Origin: Catajapyx aquilonaris
Taxonomy: Eukaryota
Reading direction: 5' to 3'
DNA: 39,045 bases
Assembly (NCBI GenBank): GCA_000934665.2
Contig: KZ538949.1
Location: 1-39,045 of the forward strand
In this document: in pieces, positions 23,121 through 36,239 of the stretch
Layout of the letters: each line of letters starts with the position of its first letter
Numbering within the stretch: position 1 is the first letter of the stretch
Notes under the pieces: generated by a model
The model's database searches: none
Told to the model about the DNA's origin: nothing
What the model saw: only the letters and a program-made list of their open reading frames with translations
Position numbers and translations under genes: made by a program

Positions 23121-25053
23121 CTGCGATTGTCATCCTCAATTCAATTCGAGTTTTATTGTATTGTTTACAGGTTACTGTGTGACATCGTACGTACGGTGAA
23201 AAGAGATGGGTTGTGGGAATGCATTACCTGATCCCCTTAAAGGTGCTCAGGGATATCTCAATACAATGCGAAAAAGATTTCCATGATGCCACTCATCGTA
23301 TACTATAGGGTAAGGTATTCCAGTGGGGGAAAAAATAAATCGGATGTAACCGCTTCAAAGAATTCCTGATAAGGACTAGGGTATGAGTAATTCCATGCGC
23401 TCCCAATTACACAAATCTACTACAAATAGTCTTTTGAGCACAACTTTAGTCCAGTCTATAGTTGGAAGGATACTGTCGAATGAAGACTATAGAGCTGTGG
23501 CTACAAAAAAATAATAACAAAACATTCCTTTTTCTGGGTATTTTCCCTTAAGTCCAAGTTTTGTTACTTGGAAGTAAAGCCTGACAAACGATTCCAGCCT
23601 TTTGAAACATCTTTCGAGTTGACATAGTACCAACCATCTCCCAACCTTTAGACAGTCCTCCCTTTAGTCCTTGTAACTTTATAACCGTCGGATTTCAGAC
23701 GTTTTTAGGGCAAAATTCCTTCCTTTGTAGCTTTGCTTCACCTACATTGCAGAAGGTCAGTTTTAAATCTCAAAGTGAAAGGAAGCAAACTGTCTAAATA
23801 GGTGGATTTCCTTGAGTGAGAATCTTTTTTACGGACTTCCAGATCACAATAATTAGGTCCCAATCAATCGGTGATAACAGTGTTTACATAAACACTGTTT
23901 GCCATGCCAACTCTCCGTGCCATAACGGAATAGGCAAGTGTTTAATGACAGCATTGAAATAATTATTGTACCTCCCTTCCTCCCGACCTCAAAGCCTATC
24001 CGACTCAAGATGGCAGCAAGTTTCCGCATAACCCAAGTTTATTGCGCAACATTTCATCAGACACTATACTACCCAGACAAGTAATTAGTGCGATGCGGGA
24101 ATTCGCAATGCGAAATGGAAGCAACTCTATTTTTTATGTCCTCTAAAGCTATAAAGCACATTACAGCTCATTATAAAAGTCCAGGTACGCATTCACTGGC
24201 GTCGTATACATGTGCATGCGGAGCCATATTGTAAATCTCACAAACTGCAAGGGTAGTTGACAGGCAAGAAATGCCAGCGTTGTCTTCGCGAAATAAATTG
24301 CCGCACGTTCTTCCCTCCAGCAGTCACAGGGATGGTCACATGTGGAACTGCAACTCCTCAAGACTGACACTATTCCTGCAAGGTGAACTACTATTTGGAA
24401 TGCCCGTATGTTTTTTTGTGATGACGACAATGGCTCAAAAGTGTGACATTAACCAAAATAGGCTGAGTAACTTTTATTAATGATATTTCTAACACATAAA
24501 GGGAGGACATGATGTCAAGACCTAGCCATAATTTCTCGCGAAATGTGTTTGCAAATTTATAGAGGGAGCATTTGCCATTTACAGGTTTTCATAATTTCAT
24601 CAGAGGGGCGGGGGCTATTAGGATCTGTGAGAAAATAGTTACAAAATCAGTAAAATATTCACCTTCAGAAAATATCGAATAATACAATGCTATACTGCTA
24701 TTATAGTGTTTATGTTTGAGCACATTGACATTGAATGTGTCCTTATAGCAACCACAGATCATTCATTTTTATACCCCTTCTTTCCGTGTAATAATGCGCA
24801 GGTGAAGTAGCAGTATTAACCAAATACCTTTTGAGTATTACAATTTGTGTACTAATAGATACGGTACCATAAAAATAAACATTATTGCATTACAACTCAT
24901 GCACAACGGAGCTCTAATGAGTGATTTGGCTCCAAGACTGGTGTTCTGCAACAATAATATAAAATTGATGAAATCGTTATTTAATTAAAATGAGGTGTAA
25001 TGTTAGAATGTAACATTAATGTAAAATCTTGTCAGTAATATATTACTGATGTA

Positions 25054-25407
25054 GAGGGAGACGGAGTGGCGCTGCGGTAACGTATGCGCCCACGGATGCT
25101 AAGGTCCCGGGTTCGATCCCAGCCCGGGGACACCCCCTTCATCTCGTGCAGAGTTCGGGGTCATTTCTGGCTTCGTCTCGGGTGGTATTTCCAATAGACT
25201 AAACCACCCGGGGGAGTTCACAAAATGACCACAGCTACGACATTGCACTGCACCTTGCACATCCCCTCCTGTCATCCTGCCCGTGGGCCCGGGCTTTCAT
25301 TAAATAGGCACCATGTACTTAACAACTTAAAATACAATAAAGGTCCATGCTATATACCCCGGAAGGGGTGAAAGCATTACCCACATATTATATTATTATT
25401 ATTATAT
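25054..25407 (+). mobile_element. tRNA-derived SINE, family A, copy 4, with (TAT)n tail
   Basis: A and B boxes present, body close to the 6122 copy, 13-bp TSD TATTACTGATGTA (25041-25053 / 25408-25420). Confidence 0.9.
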
Positions 25408-26582
25408 TATTACTGATGTAATAGTTTTGCTCTACTGTATTTGCAATTGATAGAAAAAAAAATACTGCGGCAAAAGCCAAGCCCTTAAAGTGCATTTCGA
25501 AATCGCCCCTGAAACAGATCTACAAATGACCTACATGTGATAAGCACATTCCATTTTTTTGCAGTAATTACTATAGCAGTCATGACAGTTCTCAGAGACA
25601 CGATTTCAGTCGTGAGCCTACAGGCAATGACACCGATGCATAACAGGTCTATCTAACCTTGATATGTAATAACGGTCATTGTTTATGCCATTTAATAACG
25701 CCCAGGTTCGCAGTCAAGGTGAATAATTTAGACGATCTCTCAGTGATAAACTTACAAAAAATCACACCTTATAATTTCGCACTATATCTTTAAAGTGCAA
25801 TTATTTATAGCACAAAAAATTTATTGCCAAACTGTACAAGAATTGTACAGTGTAAACAGCGCAGACATGTTTTCAATATATCAGTATATTAGATAAATGC
25901 GGTATTCCATGAAAAGCCATTAATTATTGCATTTTTGATGTTTTATGAGAATTTAGGCAAAACATTATGGCGAATTAAAGAGTAATCAGCTGACAGTTTC
26001 ACCTAAGACGGCCTAAATAAAAATCATATTCGTTCTTTCAGCATCAGGGTGTCCGGGTGATTATGCCAGAAACAACAACAAAAATCTCTCAAAATTGGTT
26101 TATCACACACATATCTGGATTATATCACTGTAAATGAAAATGCTTGACATTTTTTAAACATTTTTTACTAAATTTTAATGGGGGCTCCATACAGTTAGCG
26201 TGACAAATGAGAGAGACGATATTAGGCCTCCCTCCACGGTTTTGGAGTATGTTAGGTGTAACAGTAACCATTGCCTATCGTATGTGGGGTGTGAATTGCT
26301 TAAGGTCATTTCTGACCTTTACCTAGTACACATTGTTTTTCACACGACTCCACATGAAATTTATTCGAGTGAATTCTGGAGGCCTATACGAGACTCCGAG
26401 AACCACGCACCTGTCCCACCTCTGCTGATTCATCCCAGATAATTCATGATTCAGATGATGCTGACCCTAAAACTGTATTTTGGTTATACATGCATGCCAT
26501 CGTCTTCTTCTACTAACCAAATATTTTTATTTTTGCGAAAAAATTAATATTTTCCTTTGCAATGATGGAATACGGAAATGTC

Positions 26583-26680
26583 ATGTACTATGGGCGCCAA
26601 AAGAATTGACCGGAGTTGATGGGTATATGGCGCTATATACCCATCAACACCGGTCAATTCTTTTGGCGCCCATAGTACAT
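26583..26680. repeat. 98-bp palindrome, two mismatches
   Basis: ATGTACTATGGGCGCCAAAAGAATTGACCGG...GC|GC...CCGGTCAATTCTTTTGGCGCCCATAGTACAT. Confidence 0.92.
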
Positions 26681-29600
26681 TGATTTTCAGGCGTGGATTT
26701 CTATTTTTTGGGTCGTAATCACATCAGGACACCTTGCATTTGTGCTCCTAACGTGCATAGTGCAAGCATCCATTCTCCTCAATAATTGTGCTAATTCGCG
26801 ACTTCAATTTGATAGTTTAATGGTCAGTAATTTAGAACAGCTCGTTACTCGAGGAATGTTTGTATTCAGTTAAATTAATGGTACGACGCCTATGATATTT
26901 TTCTTCATTAATTACCTGTCGTCGGCTGCTCTTTAATTCGCATAAAAAGTTCCGAACCGGCGGCAAGTAACGGAGAGCAATAAAAAGATAATGAGCCAAA
27001 TGCCCAATTTTCTATCTCCAAGCACATATTGCTTCCCACGCTAAAACTGCTAGAAAATGGGTACACAGTAAATCCGGTTTTAGCCGATATCGATCACTCA
27101 AGAAAATAATAAAAACTAGTATACTATACAACTCTCCCATTCCAGGTCTATAAGTCCTCCCGTGAAGGTTTTCGACTCTACGCCACTCTCCATCATTGGT
27201 AAAATATATTACATGCCTGTTACTTGGCTTGAAGTTACGATATCAATTCACCGATGAGCACGACTTGGCCCAAACATACTCGGCTTCCAATAAGTCAGAG
27301 CAGGCCAACCACTGAAAAATCAATATCCAATAAAATCTGCTATCCCCTAATAGCACCGTGTAATGCGCCATATGCACCATGTTTACCATCCGTACCAATA
27401 AACTCTGTGTTATGTGACCTCATCACAAATCTGACCTAAAGATGACACACTAGTTGAATACCCGATTAGCATAACCGGAAAAGGTAGACATAACGGTTGG
27501 AGTAGTACAACGCCGTACTGACCTCAAGGGGTCGGACCACACTGACCTTCACATTAGACGTGATTCTATACGCGGTTCTAAACGGTAACTTACAACTGAA
27601 TGAATCCAAAGTCCAAGGTAATTTCACCTGCCTTAAGGGTGTGGTTGAACGATGAAAAGAAGCTCCCCCCCTACTATCACCCCCTACCTTATTTAAATTA
27701 GCGAAAGTGGAGGCGTATAGGTGTGGCATGTGTCAAAAAAACTTGAAGAAAAAAAAATCACATCTCCTTACCTTAAGAAATTCCGTGCATGTTTTATCAC
27801 TAGAACAGGTGACATCTCCAGTCGAGGGTCATCACGTTTTTGGAATTAATAGTCCCTGTCTGCGGTGAATCCAGCCATCCAAATTCAAATGAAGCTGCCT
27901 GATTGAGTCATTAGTGTTTGTGGCAGTCGTCTTGGGCATAAAACCTTGGTGTTTGATTTGGTGTCGTGTCCGTACGGAAGACGTGAAGAAGTGAAATTGG
28001 GTCATTACACGTGCAAGTTGAAAAATTGCGCAAAGTGCTACTGGGATTGGATATAAGATAGTGGTCAATTTTTCGCGCTTTGTTGTTACAAATTAGTGAC
28101 CACATTTTAAGCGGATGTGAAGTCGTTTTATGCACATTTATTACCTGGGTCATATAACTGGCTTTTGAAATGTGGGGGGTCGCTAAGAAGCGAATCGGGG
28201 GTGTGAAAATTTTCGTGCAACGTTCAATTTATTGTGAATGGACGCCAACAACTCTACATTAGCTCAAAAATCACGAAATAATTAAACTAGTTATGTAACA
28301 AACGGGGTTTGCTTCATCGGGATTATTTTGGCAAATACGAAAGAGTAAAGGGGAAAGGGACGGGGCTGATTGAAATAGGGATACGCCCTGCTCTTCGGTT
28401 TGTAATAATGGTAGACTACTTGTATGTAATCCCTAAGCAGTGAGCATAATTTATGTGAGATTTAAATGATCTATACAGCATGTATGTGTTTAATAGCATT
28501 GGACCACCTATTGAGTGGAAATATTCTGAGGATTAAAGTGTTCCATGATTATCTTTATTGTTATCTACGGTATATACAAGTATAAGTTTGTTAAGGTTTT
28601 AATATATCCTGACCTATTTATACACAAAAAGCTTCAAGGTATATTCACCTGCTGACTTTTTATGAGAAATGGTACAGTACATTCGATAATGACCTTAGAT
28701 ACATTTTGAACCCAAATGATCACTTTATTATTAATATTTACCCTCCCATCAACCACCTTTGCACATACACTTTCTAACAAATACTTACAACAGTTTGTCA
28801 AGCTAGAAAGTCATCAATATTGGCATCTGAAAACGAAAAAAGGACCTGGAAGAGTGTATCAAGCATTTCGAAACTCCAAACCCGACACGTTCACCTTCAA
28901 CCCTGAGATAACCTGAGTAACCTGCATGACTAATTCATCTCTCCCTTTTTTTGCACCATTCTTATCTGTCAAATCACCTACTTAACCCCGGACAACATGC
29001 TACACAACATCACTCACAACAAAATGACGTCAATTACGCACCAGCCTACGTCACACACATTGTTGCTATCCACACCTTTGAACTTCCCTTTATTCGAGAT
29101 TACCAAATTTTTTTCTTCTACTTCAAATGCATGTTTTTTTGTGCTGTTGAAGGTAAAGATAGGCGAGAGGTTATTTTTTCCTTCACTCAGCACGACTCCG
29201 CAAATTCATCCTTGATCATAATCGCCATTCCGCTTTTCCACAGTCAATCAGCATTTGCAGCTGACAGTCGTGAGATTGCAAGGGGAGAGGGCGGAGAGAA
29301 CCAATAGGATATATGTAGCATAAGTCTCGCTTCCTCCCAACTTCAATTGCTCCTTTCCAAGAAAGTAGGGTATGAAGCCTTGTAACAGTTACACTACATA
29401 AAAAAAATTCAATCATGGTGTTTGCGGGAAATCAGATCCACATTATTAGCATCATTATCATGGTGGCTGGCATGAAACATGAACTGGCAGTAAATGGTTC
29501 AGAAGGTTTTCGCACAGTGGCTCAATAGCCCCCCCTATTCATTAGCGGGGCTCTACAAAAATGCATATATCAATCACTACAAGTTTTGAAGTGAATAGGA

Positions 29601-30424
29601 TTGGATAACATGGATCATAAGCAGCTGCCAAAATTTCTAGGGTATATAAAGGACATCTAGTTTTTTTGTGTGTGGGGGCATGAGAGATGGTGGGTATAAT
29701 ATTGAACGTTCATAATTAATGAAGGGCTCTTCACACAGGCGGACGCCACCTTCTCTTCGTGGCATAATGGAACGAGTTAACACTTTCTAGAACTCCTGTA
29801 AATCACTCCAATTTCTCTAGTAAATTCTGGGTCATGTGTACGATAGGGTGGTGCTCATTCGTTCCTTTTATAGGCATAGATTTTTTTTAAGGCCCTCACG
29901 ATGTGTGCTATAAAATCGATTTGACGACACTATTATAGCGCATGTACCGTGGGAATTGTGCCACTGGGCATGTAACTCGTTATAGGGTGTGATTCAAACT
30001 ATCTTCCGTCTAGAAAATTGCACTCGAATGATGTATAATGTAACGAGACGCTTAAAATCACTCCCGTTCTATATCTACTTTCCATAATAAATTTCCTAAG
30101 AGGCTTAAGTGTTCGAATTTTTATTCACGCCCTAGTCAGTATGAAAAGTTAAGCTATATCAACTTTTTTTAAATACAGGTAGGCCTATAATGGAAAAATC
30201 TCCAGAGTAAAAAAAATTAGAATATAAACTTACCGGCGCGGCGAGAAGTGTAGTTTCTGGTTCAGAAGGGCTAGAAATACCACGTTATTCGAGAAAATTT
30301 ATTCTAATTTGGTTTGATGCAGAAAATATCAATCACTAATTAAATTCAAGGAGTGCTAGGAGCAGAGTTATGAAATTAATCCAGATGAGCGGGAAGATAT
30401 TTCACACAAATTGAGGCATGAATA

Positions 30425-30654
30425 CAGGGTGTTCCAAGTTTGCGGGTCACTTTTCTTATCTCTAATATTGCCTGAAGTGTTTATTTTTTGTAGCTTGTTG
30501 TGCTTCTAATCAGTTGCCCCATTACTCCCAGGCGGTCGAATATAGCATTTGCTATAGGGCAACTGATAAAAAGGGGCACAACAAGCTACCAAAAATAACC
30601 ACTTCTGGCAATATTAGTGATAAGAATACTGACCCGCGAACTTGGAACACCCTG
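30425..30654. mobile_element. Tc1/mariner-type MITE (CAGGGTGTTCCAAGTT termini, TA TSD)
   Basis: Imperfect TIRs of ~95 bp around a short spacer, with TA on both sides. Confidence 0.88.
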
Positions 30655-33600
30655 TATATACACTGCCTGGATTCGTCGTTTATTAAGTATTAAAATTAAT
30701 TACGTGATACAATGAGGAAGTTTATCTTGGCATAGGCCTACTGGGCTGGTATGATTTCTGGGTCTCGTGAAAATAAAAACCAAGATATACCTGATGATAT
30801 ACTGTATTTCAAAAGGTCCGTCATTCCAGGAAAGTGTATGTTAACCATATTACTTTTCAAGGGCAATAGGCCTAAAGTGGGTTAACAAAACAGTCCATGT
30901 ACAACATACTACGTATAAGTAATAAGTTGCACAAAAATATCCTGAAATGTATCTCATTATAATTATATACACTAGTACAGCTCTAAATGCTTGTTCATAA
31001 GCATTCAATAATTGAATTGCTATTAGTCATGTGACGAGAGTATACTTGGGTCACCTCAATAACTTTCATTTTATCTGACTCAGCTTTAAGAGGTAATTAT
31101 TGTATCCTATTTCCGACTGATTTAAAGGTGAGTAACATTCATCCTCTCACCACCAACTCTCTATGTCAAAACGCTACCTAAGACTATAAACGTGAATACT
31201 CTTGGACCCCAATTTTTCTAGTAGGCTACAATCACTATACATCCTTAGTAGTTTTCATAATTACGTTTTCATAATGTCATCATTCAACGTTAAGTTAATC
31301 CTGTAAGCATTTTAACCTACACCTCACAGTGCATAAGCTTCCTGTATAAGGAGACGTGAAAACAAATCTCCTTGAGTAGACTATACGCTACAGTTGCACG
31401 TCTCATTTACAGGTCGTATGTCAGTCACACACATATTTATGCACATCACTTTGAATGGCACTCTAAATTGCGACAATGATCAAAGTGAGTCCAATGGTCC
31501 TGTACACTAATGATCCAACTCGATTCCCAAATAATTCTGTCGTGATGGATGAGACCGACCGAAAAGCTGACAGGCGACATATTCCCCGTTTCATACTCCT
31601 GAAAATACCATTTCAGCTACCAACAGACGAGATTGCATTACGTGGAAGCCGTAGCAGAGGAAGTGACACAGGTAATCCAACAGGAGCATTGTGCCCTGTT
31701 TTGTATAAGTCCTACATATTGCTTTGTCACATTTTATGAAAGCAATTTGTGCGGCAGATAAGCCTCTCGGCACCGTATAAGTTCTAGTTTACATCATTCT
31801 CGGCAGTTTATAGTAAGCTACAAGTAGCATTAAAACGGGATTTCTTTACCTGCAAATTTTACTTACATAGTGCTTACAAGATGCGCAGTTTCCTTACATT
31901 ACAATTATTGTGGATGGATATAAAAAGTACTGAAAATTACTAACTTATTTCAGTTAGACAATATCCTAGATTACTTTATATTATATTTTTCAGATAATTA
32001 TATCGTCAGTTTTGTTTATCAAATATGTTTATTGAAATACCTTACATGATATAGGCACACTCATTAAGGTGGAGATTTTATGTGCGTCCCAATTAAGAAA
32101 TGAGTATTTCGCAAGCGTTCGATGTGAAAGGGAGATACGAATATCATGTTTTGTCGAATCATTGCAAATTACGAAATTAATATGATGTCAACTGGCAACA
32201 TAATACCGTTACGTTAATCAATTTTGGTCATACCATGCTAGGTAAATGAAACGTTAATCTCAATTCCATCGGATCAAACTCTATCATCCCCACCGGTAAA
32301 ATAACAATTACTGTTAGTATAGAATGATATCACATTAGGCTTAACGATTAGCATATTTTTAATCAGGGTACCAAGTTGCATGTAATCATGTTATTCCTCA
32401 TTATAATAGTCACGGTTTACGACCACCAGTATGTTTGCTATTTATGGGACAATTAAATATTTAGCTGTGATTTAAATTTTGAGCCTGAGCAGTTCGATAA
32501 AACAATTTTCGCATAAATATTTGTATTTATGATATGTCGAATCCATTCGACTCAAATGGATAAATCAGTTAGCTACTAAGGTTATAAAAAGCAGATTGTA
32601 ACTGTGCAAAACTCAAAGCAGCATCACGAAGGCAATTCTGTTGAAAAGCAATTACAAGTGTTTCAGACAAAAAATAGGCATTTTCTCTCTCGTAAGTGAT
32701 GTGTAATCACTCTGTAATCCCAAAGTAACTGACAACTCAAAATTGAGGGCATGATTTTGAACTCGTTCTTCACAAAGCTTCCACGCCCTTGCATACTTTC
32801 AGAAATATCACACCAGACTCGTTCCACGTCCAGATATAATCTGTGTTAATTGGTGAAAACAATCCGCAAAAACTTTTACATCCCAAAAAAACCTGGCAAA
32901 AACTCCTCTAAAAAAATGGTCCAAAGCCAACCGCCCCAGCAAATCAAAGACACCTGTAAGTCTGAATTGGTCCATTGGGGATAATGGCGGTTCTTAGGGG
33001 GTAGGAGACGAGGTGGGGTGAAACTGAAACATCCCGGCAGAGCGAAACTGACGACGGAAAAAGCAGGTCACGGCCGAAGGAACGAAGGTAAAGAGGGCTA
33101 CTGACTGGGAAAGTGGCTGGTTCCTTTTGGATGGGCGTGGGCAAGATGACCACTCAACATTTAACCCCTTCGTGATTTCTTTTAAGGATTGGAGGTGGGG
33201 AGGCCAAAGACGTCTATGTTTCAAGGGTACCGCACTGTGCTGTAAAAAAAATAGGCCTTGATTTTTTTTCCCCCAACTAATTGTTCCGGACACATTAGGT
33301 ACCATTCATATTTTGGTTGGAAAAATGGTTACGTGCCAGACACAGTTAATAATATCCTAATACATAAAACATGCCCTTCTTTTTTTCATAATCCTTGACT
33401 ATATCGACCTGAATGAAACAAGAGAAGGGACGTGAGAGGACTTTTTCGGAACAAAAATAATGCACACCTTCTAAAGGTCGTGTGTAACAACCTAGGCTCG
33501 GATGGAACGCGATAAATTTCAAAAAAAAAAAAAGCCTCGGCCCCCATGAACACTTGCAAAAATTCCAATGTCCAAATAGCATTAAGTTACTTTCACTCCA

Positions 33601-36152
33601 AAGTACTGGCCATTTTTCGCCCCCTTCCCATTCAGGACCAAGTAAACATTACCACAACGCAAGCCTCTTTAAAGTCACGATTTTCCTTCACCAGGGTTGG
33701 AAGAAACTTTTTTACCTTTTGACCCCCCCGTGACCCGGCTCATCACCATCAAAGAACCAACCGTCCATTATACATAATACAGCAGTGCAAGGTAGAGAAA
33801 AAAAAAAATCTTATCCTACCACGTCGGTTCGTGCTGACGGTCCATTAGTGACTTGAGGGCTTGAAAAATGACCGACTTGGCGGTTTGATTTATCTCATAG
33901 ATGACACACGAACGTTCTTGCTCTCACGGACACTCCATAAAGATGTTTGAGGGGTGACCTGTTGGCCACTTCTAATTGCTAGCCTTAGTCCGGCACCGCC
34001 CTGCCTACAATTAAACCGGACTTTCTAACAGATTAGGATACTCCTTGAAGATTGACGGGAGGAGCTTATGTTGCAAACCGGCTTGCAGTGTGTCACATTC
34101 TATCGATTACATTTTAACACCCAGACAAGAATTTATCTGAGTTATAGTGGACACAGTTTGTTCTAGTTTATAGTTTGCAGTAGTCTATAAGGTATTGCGC
34201 TAAAATCGCGCATTATTGTTTCGACATAAGTGCTGAGAAAATATATTTGCTGACTGCAATATATTCCTGGGAGTCGCAAACAAATATTATGCGTTACATA
34301 CTGAAAGTTTCGCCAATTAATGACATTGTTGAATATTACGCAAATCAGCTGCAATTATTTATAAATTTGTTTTATATTGGAGTAACTGCTGTCAGATTAT
34401 AGCTCATATTCGACGTACAAGCATGTAGTATTAAATAATTGATCTAAAAATATATCATGCAGTGAGAAAGTAATGCTCAATCAATGTTGCTGTCTATGAT
34501 GGCAGGCAATCTAAGACTAAGCTTACGTCAAGAGGTGGCTCAATTTATGAGACAATGAATAATCAGAGCAAGCCTATCACGGAGGTAAACCTACGCCATT
34601 TCTTGTGCAGGACAAAGATAGTATGAGGATAGAACATAATCACGTGGAAGATCTGGTTCAACTTGGTCAGGAAAGGTTTGAGCACTGGCAATGATCCTAG
34701 TCAAATGAGGTTGCTCCCCAAGGGGTCCAGGGGGTGATACCAACATTTTCATGCCATTATACTGCCACTCCCATATACTGATTCTGTGAGATATGGCTGC
34801 ACATAGAGTTGATTTTGTTACACATCACTGCGTAATTCACAAATGAGCAATAGGGTATATTTAACATGGTAATATCAATAACCCTTAAAGGGTTAATATG
34901 GCTGAATTACTTTTCCCAACTTTACCCCTAGTAACGGTTGATGAGTTTGGAAATAATTGGGATAGGGTTAGGTTAGCTAGGTTATGTTACTCACGTATTT
35001 ACTCACTCTAGTTAGGTAGTGGTACTGAGAAAGAGAGGATCAGTTTTGCAATAGTACATGTATACCATATTCTAAAGGCATTTCATTTTAAACATGAAAT
35101 TTTTTTGCTCTTTCCAAGATTGCAATGCCTGCAAAAAATTCTGAACTAATTTCGCAATGGAATTAATGATGATTTTATGTCGCGCGTCACTAGAAGCCCT
35201 TTCCTCGCCCACTTATTTATATTTCAGTGCAGCAGCGGTGTGTGCCCAGACCGCAATAATTTATTTATGGGATTTTTTATCGCTTTTTAAGCATCACCCA
35301 TGGTGCAGCAATGGGAGTGTCTAAACGAAAGTTGACCTTTATGAAGTTGGAAACTCTCCATACTGGCACATTCAGTCTATAAATTAGCATAGTCTAATGA
35401 CAGGTGTAACATATGAAGGTCTAGCTATTCTGCACTGTACAAAAAAATCTCAAAAAAATTTGACACCATCACTTCCTCAGTGATGTCATACTAAAAACCT
35501 TAACCCCCCCCCCCCCGCCCCCCCGCTTCGAATGAAAAATTACAGAGGGTAAGAAACGTGCTGAGATCCCTACCTCATTAAGAACCCATACAATGCCAAT
35601 GAGTCATACCTACACATTTATACATCGCCTCCGCCAAAAAGGGAAGTTTTCCCTGGAATAACCAGAAACTACAAAATATGCCAGTTAACCATGAACTCTG
35701 TAACCTCTTCCCCTATAGAGTCGTGCGTTTGCGGCCCACCTCAAACTTGGCAATTATATCGAACTTGGAATACACATTGTGTGCAGGCAGGAGGGGAGGG
35801 GGTGCATTGAATGTGTGTGTGTCAGATTAGCTCTCCCGCTAAGAAAGTAAAAGTACACAAGTGGAAAGGTGAAGGAATCATTTTGCCTGAGGACATGGGT
35901 CGGATGGATAAGCCCCCTCCAGGTACAGTAGAAAAAGGCGGGGAGAGAGAACACTACTCTCTCCCCCCTATACCCACCATCCCCAACTCCGGTCACTACC
36001 AGAATAATTTGTCTCGGAAAAGTTTTTGGTGCCGATATCGAGGCCACCTTCCCCCGCGGCTTCCGAAAAAGAAAGTGCGTGTGCCCCGGTCATGGCTTCC
36101 TATTACGTCAGGCCATTTTCCTCCGGATGGCTTCTAAGGGAGGCGTCAACCA

Positions 36153-36160
36153 TATAAAAA
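36153..36160 (+). promoter_or_regulatory. TATA box of cuticle gene 3
   Basis: TATAAAAA begins 87 nt upstream of the ATG at 36240. Confidence 0.6.
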
Positions 36161-36239
36161 GACCATACTGAACATGTGAGCACCACACTCTCTTCACAGC
36201 CTTTTGAGAAGTTTGATCAGCTCTCCAATCGACATCAAC

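Noticed and set aside
27760..27800. Minus-strand ATG plus AAG|GTAAGG donor as a fourth cuticle micro-exon
   Set aside because: The frame reads ATG CAC GGA ATT TCT TAA (stop), and no AAP-rich second exon follows.
32830..33800. Homopolymer-rich segment with several short ORFs and a TTAACCC (piggyBac-like) motif
   Set aside because: There is no recognisable protein or convincing matching TIR. It may be decayed repeat or lower-quality sequence.
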